A DNA stretch of 62,319 bases from Octopus bimaculoides (taxonomy: Eukaryota), in assembly GCF_001194135.2 (NCBI RefSeq), contig NC_068997.1, positions 5,171,605-5,233,923 on the forward strand, written 5' to 3'. The notes below the pieces were generated by a model. It was not told the origin of the DNA, searched no databases, and saw only the letters and a program-made list of their open reading frames with translations. Shown piece after piece: positions 1 through 12,580 of the stretch; positions within the stretch are counted from its first letter, which is position 1; the number at the start of each line of letters is the position of its first letter. A program made the translations under genes and the position numbers.

Positions 1-45
<45 letters not shown>

Positions 46-130
46 CATATACATGTGTATATATATATAGATGTATATATAGGTGTATATGTATACATGT
101 ATATATATATAGATGTACATGTGTGTGTGT
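1..130. repeat. (AT)n/(GT)n compound microsatellite; many similar tracts occur throughout, e.g. 4795-5432, 13528-13620, 47388-47422, 49209-49287, 60764-60801
   Basis: Direct reading. Confidence 0.95.
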
Positions 131-433
131 TTAGGGAGAATCATTACACCAGTATTAATAATACATGCACTGGTTCAATTCCACTCCTTTATTACTAGTC
201 ATTTGGTTAAATATCTATTTAAGTAACTAATCTATTGTTTGTTTAACCTGTTTATTAAACAGTCACTCATTTGTTTTGACTAATAGTAAAGAAGTGGAAT
301 TGAACCAGTGTGTGTGTTATAAATATTAGCATAATGACTCTCCCAAGACACAAAATTTGTGTCATACATGTCACATAAAGAATATTGCAAATCAAATATA
401 AAAGTGAAGTGTGTGAGTGTGTGTATCATATAT

Positions 434-473
<40 letters not shown>

Positions 474-1658
474 AGAGAGCAATTCATAATGAAAATTAAA
501 CATAGAATAAATATATAATTACTTAAAACAGTTTTAAACAAACAACAATAATTTCATAGACACACACAAGCAAGGCATAGGTATGGTCGTGTACTTAAGA
601 TGTCCATTTCTCAACTATGGTGTTTTAAATTCAGTCCTACTGCATAGAAACACAAAGAAAATGTTGTTGCCATTCTTATATTTCCAGCAAAGTTCCATAA
701 GTCTGCACTTTTAAAGCAGTGAAATATAAACTTTCCTATAAAAGAGAGAAGGTTGAAGGCAAGTGGAGTAACTGGATGTAAAAATACTTGTCCAACCTAT
801 GTTAACTAAGCAAAAATAATAATAATAATAATAGTAAAAAAGAGAACAAAAATTGCTGTGTATGTTGAAACCCAGTTGTGGAATGTCAAGGTAGAAGACA
901 GAAAGAGAAATAAAACTTAGAAAGTCAGAATTAAAAACTAATGAACAAATGAATACAGAAATGTTGTAAATAAGCAGAACTACTTGTTCATTATTTTATA
1001 GTGATTGTGGTTGAGTCATTTGTACCTTTAACATAATCTTCATGCAAACTTGGGGTAAAACAGTGTGTAGACGACCGTGCAACCAGGAGATGGTGACGAA
1101 GGATGGTTGGCACAAATATAAGAAAAAACAAAAGATGGAATGAGGTAAGTGCCAACAAGGAAAGAGAGAGACTTGACCAGTAAAATGTATAAAAGTAAGG
1201 TTTATTGGTTGTCAACTAGAATGTCTGTGTAAGTGTGAATGCGACATAATAAAGCACAATATAAGTCAGGCTGTCACGTAAACAAAGAGTGTGTGTATAC
1301 AAATATGTGTATGTGAATACAAGAGATACAGCACATAGAAAACAGTCCAGACTATGGGTTTCCCATCTTAGGAGCTGTCCATTCAATTTCATTTGCAAAG
1401 CTTAGAGAGACCTGAGGGTACAGTAGAAGACACTTGTGAAAAATGTTACACAGTAGGATTGAACTCAGCAATTCATGATTGTCAATCAAACCTTTTAAAC
1501 CATTCAACCATAAGAGCACACCACGTGCACAGACAAACATACACAATACATACGTGATCTATTGTATGAAACAAAAGTCAAGTCTAAGACATTATAACAT
1601 ATGAGAGGTATCACTAATAGTTAAGTTGTGATAATGAAGAGACAAGAGCAATACTGAC

Positions 1659-1787
1659 CGGTACAACTTTGGGGTTCTTACTTATCAGATCTGCTGTGGT
1701 CACATGCCTTGTCTGGTCATCAAGACATTTAACATCCAGAGTAAACTCTACAGCACATTCACTACAGAAGTCCTCACATGCACAATC
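1659..1787 (-). CDS. POLR2C: RPB3 coding exon 4 (129 nt); later exons lie beyond the window start
   Basis: CTCAG acceptor; [43 protein letters not shown] with the RPB3 zinc-binding CxCxxxCxxC motif; GTCAGT donor. Confidence 0.97.
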
Positions 1788-3595
1788 CTGAGAAGAAAAA
1801 TATAAGCCAAATCAGATCAGCAGTGATGTCATGGAAAATTAACAGGAGAGAGGGAGAAGGGAGAGTTGGAGAGAGAAGGGGAAGCAAGAGGGAAGAGAGA
1901 ATAAGAAGGAGTGGGAGAAACAGAGAAAGAAGTGAATGGGGGATGGAAAGAATGTAAGGGGGAGTGGGGGAGGAGGTGAGAGAGATAAGGAGAAAGATAC
2001 AAAAGATAAGAAGGGGAGAGAGAGAGAGTTTATGTCAAAGTGGAAAGAGTGAGGGTGGGTTAAGACTGTTTTATAACAAACTAATTTGGTTCTTTGTCAT
2101 TTGGTAACAATAATAATGATGACAAAAGGTCATTTTAACCCCATGACAGGTACTTGTTTTATACCCCTTAAACAAATAAGTTTTTACAAATAAGCAACAA
2201 TGAACTCAGAATATACAGTGTCATAATAATGATCTCTAATGTTGGCACATTGGCTACAAATTGTAGAGACACCATGGTTTGAACTACAGGACCATTAACA
2301 ACTTGGAGTGAAGACTGAACCAACTCGTTTATTCTCATATTAAAAACTGACTAACAACAGCCTATGTCTATCCCCCAGTTTAAGTTAAGTATAGAGAAAT
2401 GATATCCTAAAACTGAGGTGCCACATAAAAAGCAGTGGAGCTGGTGCCACATAAAAAGCAGTGGAGCTGGTGCCACATAAAAAACACTCAGTACACTCTG
2501 TAAAGTGGTTGGCATCAGGAAGGGTATCCAGCTGTAAAAACCAAGTCAAAACAGACAAATGGAATCTGACAATTATAACAAATTATTTATAACCTGCCAA
2601 ACTGTATTGGAACTGCTTGGCCAACCATTTTGTAGCATTGTATAAATTTGTTATATTTTTCAAATTTGTTTTACTTTTTCTATAAGAAACTCTATACTTT
2701 ACTTGGAAGACAGAAGTAAAGAGGCATTCTCTGGTGAGAGTTTAATGCAAGACACATCCAGTCAGCTCTGCCCTAAAATCACACTATCTAAATTCTCAAA
2801 CTGAATACAAGTTTATTAAATATATTTATTAAAATATTTATGACTGTATACAAAAAAATAGGAGTATAGTTTGTTAAATAATAAACCGGCCATATCTGGC
2901 CCAAATATTCTACCTGTTTTATTTCCAAACCAGCCAGAACCAGCCCCTCACACCTACCCTACAATGTCATTCTAAAAACAAGCAATTACATTATCGAAAT
3001 CTCAAAGCTATGAGATAATGCATGATTAATTCAAAACACTGTGAATAAATAAGCATTACATTAGACATGGTAAACTGAATGCTAAAGGGTTAATTCTAGA
3101 TTTTACTAGTTTTAGTCAGAGACTGTGGCCTGGTAGTTAGAGTGTTGCACTCATGTCTGTAAGATTGTGGTTTCAATTTCTGGATCAGGCAGTGCATTGT
3201 TTTTGAATAAAACACTTTATTTTACATTGCTTCAGTCCACTCAACTGTAAATGAGTCACCCTGTAACAGACTGGCATCCTGTTCAGGGGCAATATTGTGA
3301 TCTCAACCACCTGTACACAATGGAAATTGGACAAACAGATATATGGACCGAGGACTTGAGACAATACTGTCCAGAAGTTGATGATGATGATGAGTTGGTG
3401 ATGCTGAGGTACCATCATTATGAAACTAATACAAAAATGGTTCTATTAATACATATTTTATTAACCCAGAGGGATGGAGAGTAAAGTGAATTCTGTCAGG
3501 ATTTGAACTCAGAACATAAAAGTGGTGACATAACAACAGCAATACAAGAAAGAGAAGAATAAGAAAGAAAAATTTCAGGTAATGCTGCTACTCAC

Positions 3596-3717
3596 TCTAG
3601 AATAAACCATTTTGTCCACCACTTCGTCACTGGTGAGAGGAATGAGACCAATACGATGGGATATAAACTCATCAAATAATACCGAGGAATTGGCTTCCAT
3701 CTGGACCCAGTCAATGG
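3596..3717 (-). CDS. POLR2C: RPB3 coding exon 3 (122 nt)
   Basis: TTAG acceptor; (A)[40 protein letters not shown] containing the RPB3/RpoD HR(I/L)GLIP signature; GTGAGT donor. Confidence 0.97.
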
Positions 3718-3869
3718 CTAACAAAATATAAACGACAGCAGCAGCAAATTAAAAGGGAATTAATACATGTATAAAAATTAGTTCTGAGGTTGACACGTGA
3801 CAACATCTAAAGAGAAAAGACAGACAGGAAGTTGATTAACATTACAGGTACTATATATATATATATATA

Positions 3870-4287
3870 CAGTAATCCCTTGATCATCGTGGGTGCTATG
3901 TTCCCAAACCCCCTACAATAGGTGAAAATCCGCAAAGTAGAAACAGTATATTTTTATTTTTTATAATTTGTATATATTTATTTTATTTTAAATGCAAAAG
4001 CAACACCACACATTCGCCTCCTGAGTTTCGCTTTCCATACAGTATGTATGATTCTTTGTTTACTCATCTATGGCACAGTACGTATTTTCTTTTAATATAT
4101 TTTAATTAATGTGTTATACAGTTTAGTACTCTACTGCACATTTATATATTAATTTTTAGGCATGAAAATGCTTATTTTACCACAGAAATAATTAAAATCC
4201 CCCAAAATATAAATACCTATTGGCCACAGAAACCCTCAATTAACTGAGGGTACGATAGGTGAACTGTGATATGGCAACTGATTACTG
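3870..4287. mobile_element. Tigger/pogo-like (Tc1-mariner) MITE
   Basis: Termini CAGTAATC...GATTACTG flanked by TA; no coding capacity. Confidence 0.75.
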
Positions 4288-4303
4288 TATGTATGTATAT
4301 ATG

Positions 4304-4347
<44 letters not shown>

Positions 4348-4792
4348 CGAAGACTTTTTGTCAGCTGTATGAATTATGAGTACTCAGTTTGGTGTACCAT
4401 TAAAACACTGATTTGAACTGCAACTGAAAAGTGTGGTGTTGAGATTGCCTACTGAAGGCAGCTAGAAGTGGTTTCTCCTTGAGCAGGTGGATATAGTTTA
4501 AAATAAAAAGATAAAAGAGCAAAACAATTGGCATTACTCGATAAAAAATTTAATTTAAATAGAGAACATATATATATACAATATTGATTTCAAATTTTGA
4601 CACAAGGCCAGCAATTTCAGAGAGGGAGTATGTCAATTGCATAAACCCCAGTGCTCAACTGGTACTTATATTATTGACCCCGAAAGGATGAAAGGTATAA
4701 TCGACTTTGGCGGAATTTGAATTCAGAACATAAAGATAGATGAAATCTTGCTTAGCATTTCGCCCAGCGTGCCAACAAGTCTGCCAGTTCAC

Positions 4793-4846
<54 letters not shown>

Positions 4847-5420
4847 NNNNNNNNNNNNNNNNNNNNNNNNNNNNNNNNNNNNNNNNNNNNNNNNNNNNNN
4901 NNNNNNNNNNNNNNNNNNNNNNNNNNNNNNNNNNNNNNNNNNNNNNNNNNNNNNNNNNNNNNNNNNNNNNNNNNNNNNNNNNNNNNNNNNNNNNNNNNNN
5001 NNNNNNNNNNNNNNNNNNNNNNNNNNNNNNNNNNNNNNNNNNNNNNNNNNNNNNNNNNNNNNNNNNNNNNNNNNNNNNNNNNNNNNNNNNNNNNNNNNNN
5101 NNNNNNNNNNNNNNNNNNNNNNNNNNNNNNNNNNNNNNNNNNNNNNNNNNNNNNNNNNNNNNNNNNNNNNNNNNNNNNNNNNNNNNNNNNNNNNNNNNNN
5201 NNNNNNNNNNNNNNNNNNNNNNNNNNNNNNNNNNNNNNNNNNNNNNNNNNNNNNNNNNNNNNNNNNNNNNNNNNNNNNNNNNNNNNNNNNNNNNNNNNNN
5301 NNNNNNNNNNNNNNNNNNNNNNNNNNNNNNNNNNNNNNNNNNNNNNNNNNNNNNNNNNNNNNNNNNNNNNNNNNNNNNNNNNNNNNNNNNNNNNNNNNNN
5401 NNNNNNNNNNNNNNNNNNNN
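4847..5420. other. Assembly gap; others at 7229-7872, 13607-13616, 24594-24785 and 34590-34599
   Basis: Runs of N. Confidence 0.99.
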
Positions 5421-5431
5421 ATATATATATA

Positions 5432-6130
5432 TATCAGGTCATCCCATAAGTTCTGTCCGAATTTTGAATAAAGAAAACATGTGATCAAATGTTATATTTA
5501 ATTGCAATTTAATCATCAATGTACTTTCCTTGATTATCTATGACTTCCTTCCATTTATTTACAAGCTTTTTAATCCCATCAATGTAAAACTCTTTTGGGT
5601 TCAAAGCGAAGAACTCTGAAATATCAGTTTCGACCTCCTTCTGGCTTGCGAAAGTTATGTCCCCCAAATGATTCTGTAAACTACGAAACAAATGGGAGTC
5701 TGAAGGAGCAAGGTTGGGAGAATAAGGTGGATGAGGAATTTTTCCCCAACCAAGCTCTCCAATCTTTTGTGATGTGATCTTTGCAGTGTGGGGTCGTGCA
5801 TTGTCCTGATGAAACATCACTCCTTTTCAATTCACTAAAGCAGGTCTTTTTTCTTCAAAGTTTGGTTCAAACGTTCTAATTGCTGACGGTAGACTTGAGC
5901 ATTGATTGTTGCATTAGGTGGTAACAATTCAAAGTGAATTACTCCTCTGCAATCCCACCAGATAGAGAGAAGAACCTTTTCCCCATGAAGTTCCCTTCTC
6001 GGCTGTGGTTGAACTTTTTCCCTTTTACCAAGTCACTATTTACAGCGTTTAACATTTCGATAGAAAATCCATTTTTCGTCACCAGTCACAAGTCTATCCA
6101 AAAAGGGTGAAATGAGTAGAGCATGTCATT
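5432..6130 (-). mobile_element. Mariner transposase 3' half with one terminal repeat, degenerate
   Basis: Minus strand gives LVTGDEKWIFY (about 6060-6100) and FHQDNARPH...HPPYSPNLAPSDSHLF (ORF 5509..5820), i.e. mariner DD34D motifs; the end abuts a (TA)n tract. Confidence 0.92.
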
Positions 6131-7001
6131 TCCAAATTTCTGACAGTGTGGATGGCGTCATGATGCTGTTTTTCTCACAGACTGTGCCCAACTGATCCTA
6201 CTATACTGTGTAGTTGACAAAACCAAAAACAAACAATGTGTGAAATTAAAAATATAAAATGGCAACAATTTACCCCTCACACCCTGTGTGTATGTGTATG
6301 TGTGTGTGTGTGTGTGCGTGTGCGTGTGTGTAATATTAAAATGAGAAGGAACATGGTCAGTGCTCACCCCACCCAAACATTTGAATTTAGATTAATGAAG
6401 GGACATAACTACATACTACATGCGATTTGGTTTACATGTCATGCATCACCCTTACTATGATGATAATTCTTTCTTATTTTGGCATTAGGTCAATAATTTA
6501 GGGAGAGGGGATTAATTATTGACTCAAGAATTAACAGATACTTTATTTTATCAACCCTGAAAGGCAAAGTTGACCTTGATGGGATTTGAACTCAGAATGT
6601 AAAGAGCTGGAAGAAATGTTGCTAAACTGACAGAATTGTTACCTTGAGGTTATTATTCAGGCTCTTTGTGTTCTGAGTTCAAATCCTAGTGAGGTCAACT
6701 TTGCATTTCATCTGCCTGGGGTTAATAAAATACCTGTCAAGTACTAGGGATCAATTCTTTCCTCTCCCTCATTCTCTCAGAATCAGTTGTACTGCATTGG
6801 GAATATGTTCCAGGAAACCACTCCTAGTTTCCCTTTCCTACAAGAAATGATGATAGTTCTGCTGTTCTTCCAGTTTGGTTTGCAACTCCCACCTCTCTTT
6901 TTCTGTATGTACACAAACACACAGACATTTCTCAAAACTATCGTCAAAGACAAGTCAAAAATTTGAATCTCTATTCTGTCCACATCTTTCCCTCTGCCTT
7001 T

Positions 7002-8222
7002 CATCATCATCATCATCATCGTTTAACGTCCGCTTTCCATGCTAGCATGGGTTGGACGATTTGACTGAGGACTGGTGAAACCGGATGGCAACACCAGGCT
7101 CCAGTCTGATTTGGCAGAGTTTCTACAGCTGGATGCCCTTCCTAACGCCAACCACTCAGAGAGTGTAGTGGGTGCTTTTACGTGTCACCCGCACGAAAAC
7201 GGCCATGCTCGAAATGGTGTCTTTTATGNNNNNNNNNNNNNNNNNNNNNNNNNNNNNNNNNNNNNNNNNNNNNNNNNNNNNNNNNNNNNNNNNNNNNNNN
7301 NNNNNNNNNNNNNNNNNNNNNNNNNNNNNNNNNNNNNNNNNNNNNNNNNNNNNNNNNNNNNNNNNNNNNNNNNNNNNNNNNNNNNNNNNNNNNNNNNNNN
7401 NNNNNNNNNNNNNNNNNNNNNNNNNNNNNNNNNNNNNNNNNNNNNNNNNNNNNNNNNNNNNNNNNNNNNNNNNNNNNNNNNNNNNNNNNNNNNNNNNNNN
7501 NNNNNNNNNNNNNNNNNNNNNNNNNNNNNNNNNNNNNNNNNNNNNNNNNNNNNNNNNNNNNNNNNNNNNNNNNNNNNNNNNNNNNNNNNNNNNNNNNNNN
7601 NNNNNNNNNNNNNNNNNNNNNNNNNNNNNNNNNNNNNNNNNNNNNNNNNNNNNNNNNNNNNNNNNNNNNNNNNNNNNNNNNNNNNNNNNNNNNNNNNNNN
7701 NNNNNNNNNNNNNNNNNNNNNNNNNNNNNNNNNNNNNNNNNNNNNNNNNNNNNNNNNNNNNNNNNNNNNNNNNNNNNNNNNNNNNNNNNNNNNNNNNNNN
7801 NNNNNNNNNNNNNNNNNNNNNNNNNNNNNNNNNNNNNNNNNNNNNNNNNNNNNNNNNNNNNNNNNNNNNNNNNTACACTTTCAGCGCACCCACCCCCACT
7901 ACTAACTTGGTCGCCCAGATAGCGGAAGCTATCGATTAGCTCTAGTTTTTCTCCCTGGAATGAGATAGAAGTTGTTTCCTGTTTGTTTGCAGTCTTTATT
8001 GCACCTGAACATCTGCCACAAACAAAAACTAACTTGCTAGTTAACCTGCCTTTGATGTTGCTGCACCTCTTATGTGTCCATAGCTTGCACCGGGTACATC
8101 TTATAGAGTTACTACCTACTCCTTTTCTACATACTGAGCAGGGCCATCTACCTGAAGGGGTTTGTGTTTTATCTACCTTCCTACTTATTAGGATTTTGGT
8201 TTTAGCTAGGTTGACTCTAAGC
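7002..8222 (-). mobile_element. RTE-clade LINE, 5'-truncated, interrupted by an N-gap
   Basis: LRVNLAKTK...DSFRYLGDQVSSGGGCAESV (RT C-terminal region) plus the family 3' UTR ending in a (GAT)n tail at about 7002-7020. Confidence 0.9.
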
Positions 8223-9051
8223 ATATTGACATGTATAGAAATGTACACACAGATAAAAATATATGAATGACAACAGTATTATCTGCTTGTCCATGTGTGT
8301 GTACACACACATGCACAGAAACATATTTCTTAATAGACATTAAGCTACCACTTCAAAAAATAATAAATTCCTTCTTTTAAAAGAAATACGTTTATTATTA
8401 ACTGAAAAGAAAATGATAAACCTCCATTCTTTAAATTTCTCTTAATAAAATTTACTACTGAATATTTATTTTTTTTCTGTTGAATTTTAATAAGTTACTT
8501 TCTTCACAATAAGAAATGCTAAATATCTATTTATCATTCACTCTGTTTTTTATCTGTCTCACCCAACACACAACTAACTTTCACTTCAGTTTTCTCCATT
8601 CATTTATTTTAGAAAATAGTTGGAAGATTATTTTTTAGCAGCTATTTTGAAATTTATTATTAAAATGTTTGTCGTGAAAGAAGACAGTGTAAATCCACAA
8701 TGTCAAGCAAGCATTGCAGATGCAGCCTTGTTTTTTTTTTTACATCAATCTCTTATCTAATACACATCCTCATGAGAGGGAGAAGATGCATTTATATGTA
8801 TCAATACATAACAGGAATCAATGTTGTAACAGCAGGGAACTAAAGCAAAAACAGGTGGTGGTTGTAGTTGCCTAGCCCCAAGTTGATGCTGAATGATCAA
8901 AAGCATGTCAGCCATGACCATCCTGTCTTATTCAGACACAGTGTACCTCAGAGTATATTATGAAATATATCCTCCCATCTTTTAAGATGGTGGACTGTGT
9001 TTTTAAAGAGATTTGATTGCTATTTCTTGATGGTCAAGCTACCATACAGAG

Positions 9052-9291
9052 CAGTGGTTCTCGACTGGGGTCCATATAAAATTTTGTTGTTAAAATTTAT
9101 CTGCAGTAAATTGGTTATACTTCTACAATATGTAAAATATTTTAATTTTTTTTATACAATTCCTAATAATATATAACTATTAAAAATACAATAGGATTTT
9201 TTAAGACACTGAATAGCTGGGGGGGGGGGGTCAAGCAGAATATAATAGGAATCAGAGGGGTTCATAAGTAAAAAATGGTTGAGATACACTG
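9052..9291. mobile_element. hAT-type MITE
   Basis: Termini CAGTGGTTCTCGAC...GTTGAGATACACTG; TSD not clear. Confidence 0.7.
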
Positions 9292-9366
9292 ATGTCGAGT
9301 ATGCTGTAGTAGCTCAACTGAAAATAAGTGTTAGGAAGAAATGAGAAAAAGAATGTGATAACTCAC

Positions 9367-9416
9367 CCATGGTAGGTACTTCTGCTATACATACTCGTCT
9401 AAGAGCATTGGCGGAG
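9367..9416 (-). CDS. POLR2C: RPB3 coding exon 2 (50 nt)
   Basis: Polypyrimidine+CAG acceptor; (S)SANALRRVCIAEVPTM(A); GTGAGT donor; phase fits exons 1 and 3. Confidence 0.96.
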
Positions 9417-10629
9417 CTGAATATAGGAGAAGAGGAGAAAAATTAGTTGAAGTGTGGAAAGTAGATGTTAAAACATTGATAATGATGAGATCAAAAATTC
9501 TGATGATGGCAGTGGTGTTGATGATGATATTAGTGATTATGATGTTGATAATAACTCTAATTATGATGATATCAGTGACTATCATAATAATCATCGTTTT
9601 AACATCAACTTTTCCATGCTTGCATGAGTCAGACAGAATTTACTGAAGTAGATTTTTCTAGTTTGGAGTTCTTCCTGTATCAACCTTTACTGGTTCCTAA
9701 GCAAGGTAATATTTGTTCAGACTAGACATGATTTTTGCAGGATATTGAAAATGAATAACACAGCTTGTATGACAGTGACAATCATTTATAACTATCACAT
9801 GATGTCAGAACATGGAGACACAAACACACACAGAAAAATATAGTGTTGAGAAATATTTGTGTGTCTGTGTGGTTAGAAGTTTGTTCTCAACTACACAGTT
9901 CCAGGCTCAATCTTTGGCACAGGTCTTCTATTATTTGGTAGACAGAAACTGAAAGAAGTCTGTCGCGCACGCGCGTGTGTGTGTGTGTTCCTTGCCTTGA
10001 CATTGCTTGATAGTTTGCAAGCAGGCATCACTGTGATGCAAGCTTTGTCCATTTCCAATATTCTGTGAAAGCATGTCAAGTCATGGGGAAATGTCACCTA
10101 GTTTGGAAACAGGTGAGGGTTGGTGACAAGAAGAGCATCCAGTTGTAGAAAATCCACCTCAACAAATACTGTCCAACCTATGCAAGCATGAAAAAGTGGA
10201 CATTAAACGCTGCTGCTGCTGATATGCATACACACATAATGGGCTTCTTTTAGGTTCCATCTACCAAATGCACTGACAAGGCTTTATTAAGCTTGGGCTT
10301 GTAGTAGAAGACTCTTGCCAAAGGTGCTATGCAGTGGGACTGAACCCAAAATTATGTGGTTTGGAAATAAACCTATCGACCACACACCCCTACCTACACC
10401 TGGTGTATGTATACACACACACACATCATAAAATGCACTGATCGACTTGGGTCTCTACAATATAGTCATATCCCAAAATAGAAGTAATAAATAGCAACAG
10501 TTCACTTAAAACATTTTTAGATTAATTACATAATTACATGGTACTTAAAATGTTGATGATTAATTAGATGGTTCTTAAAATATGGCAAATTAATTACACA
10601 GCCATAAGATGTGGAAGATTTGCATTGTT

Positions 10630-11500
10630 GTTGCAGTTGGATAAGGAGGCAGAGTAACTGCATGCAAGCCAGGGTTTTATTGGTGACTCAGTCATTCTAC
10701 TTGATGTTTAGGATCCCTCTCAGGCCAGAGAAGGAAGGCACTGAGCTGAGAACACAAGCTCTGTAGACTGCAACCTTGGTGTGTGCTGTTAGCTTACTAT
10801 TCTCCCAGGCTCTCATCAACCTAACAAGTGTTGTGGCTGCTCTTCCAATATTTCTATTGATCTCAGACTCCAGATGTAAGTTGTCCAGGATGTTGGAACC
10901 AATGCATGTAAGCTTCTGGACTGCTCACAATTGTTAATGGCAATGGCAGTGGGGTGCTCAAGACCATGGCCCAGCACTTTTGCCTTCTTTAGAGAGATGG
11001 TCAAGTTAGTCTTGACAGGCACTTGTAAAACTGTCCATGAGGCATTGCAGTTGCTCCTCTGAGTGTTACCATGTCCACATCATCTGAAAACAACAGGTTT
11101 CTGATGAGTACTTTGGATTTTGCCAGCAGTTAAGACACACTCAGATTGAGGCTAGGGGTGAGCACACACTCTGTTTCACACCACTGCAAATGCTGAAGCA
11201 TTCTGAGAAAGAACCATCAAACTAAAAGACACCTTTCATGTCTGTAAGGAATGACCGAATGATACTGAGTAACCTTGGAGGGTACCTAATCTTGGCAATA
11301 TCTGCTCATAAGGTCGAAGGCTTTCATGAAGTTGATGAAAGTGATGTGAAGTGGTTGTCTTTGATTTCTGCATTTGTTTTGTAATTGTCGAAGATCATGT
11401 CAATTTTGGAGCATTCTGGTTTGAAACTACATTGAGACTTTGAATAAACCCTTTCAGTGATTTTCTTCAGTTTGTTTAGGACCACAGGAATTAAACCCTT
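10630..11500 (-). mobile_element. Degenerate BovB-like RTE LINE fragment
   Basis: Frameshifted LTISLKKAKVLGHG.EHPTAIAINN / GSNILDNLHLESEINRNIGRAATTLVRL and HITFINFMKAFD; distinct from the PHD-bearing RTE family in this window. Confidence 0.7.
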
Positions 11501-11786
11501 CTCTTAGCAAGGAGATTCTTCTATAGTTGTTGTGATCACTTTTACCCCCTTTCTTCTCGTACATGGTAACAATACTAGTCTCTCATGTCCAGTGGCACCG
11601 TACTTTTCAGCACTGGCACAGGTACAGCAGTTTGTGCAGATGGCACTCAATGCTAGCTGAGCACTTGATGGTCCCCATTGGAATGCCATTCAATCCTAAT
11701 GCTTTGCCGGTGGAAAATCAATCAATGGCTTTACTCAGTTCTTCAAGTACTTGTACCACGTGTGTAGCCCACCTTCATAATCAACC

Positions 11787-11818
<32 letters not shown>

Positions 11819-12544
11819 ATACACATAAGGTTGATCAGTAAAAGGTACTGTGTTGTGACAGTAGATGGTAACAAGGAGATACAGTAAGAGTTGGTGGTGA
11901 AGTAAGATCTGAAGATGCTGGGCTTCATAGGCAAGATAATGCTGGACCATGAATGATTGGAATGTGCCATATCACATATGGGACAATGTGATATGTCACA
12001 TATGGAACAATAAACAATCATGATGATGTATGTTTTCATCAAGTTCGTTTAAGCCTGTGTTGTAAGCTTTAAAAAAATGACTCGATTATATGTTTGACCT
12101 AGTAATTTTGTTTGATTCTATTAAATCGCTCTTCTTTCTCTTTGTAGACAATGTAGACATATTGAAAATTTGTAGTGGTAAATTCTTTATACGACAAACT
12201 TTCTGGAACAAACTTAGGACAGAGTTGCTTCATAAGAAAAGAAAAAGGTATAGAAACGGGGACCAGAATCGTTATTTTCATGATAAGTAACACAAGAATA
12301 CTATTTTAAAAAAGGGGGTAGAGAAAACTGGTATCCTCGCTTTTATTTTATTCTTTCGCATACAGTATGGGACTTCGAGGGACAGATATTCCAAAAACTC
12401 TGCAAAATTTAGTCGGTATTTTTCCTCAACTATTTCCAAGGAGTTCAGAGAAGAGTCTTGCGTGATATGTTGCTATTACAGAATTAAAGAATCTTGCTCC
12501 TCGACTGAGAATTAGGAAGAAACAAAGTTGTGTTGTGTGAGCAA

Positions 12545-12569
<25 letters not shown>

Positions 12570-12580
<11 letters not shown>

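Noticed and set aside
1-1658. Next downstream POLR2C exon
   Set aside because: No AG/GT-bounded segment with RPB3 similarity found; presumed beyond position 1.
4655-5488. Long ORFs at 4655-5488, 7075-7939 and 24419-25129
   Set aside because: Open only because they run through N-gaps and microsatellites.
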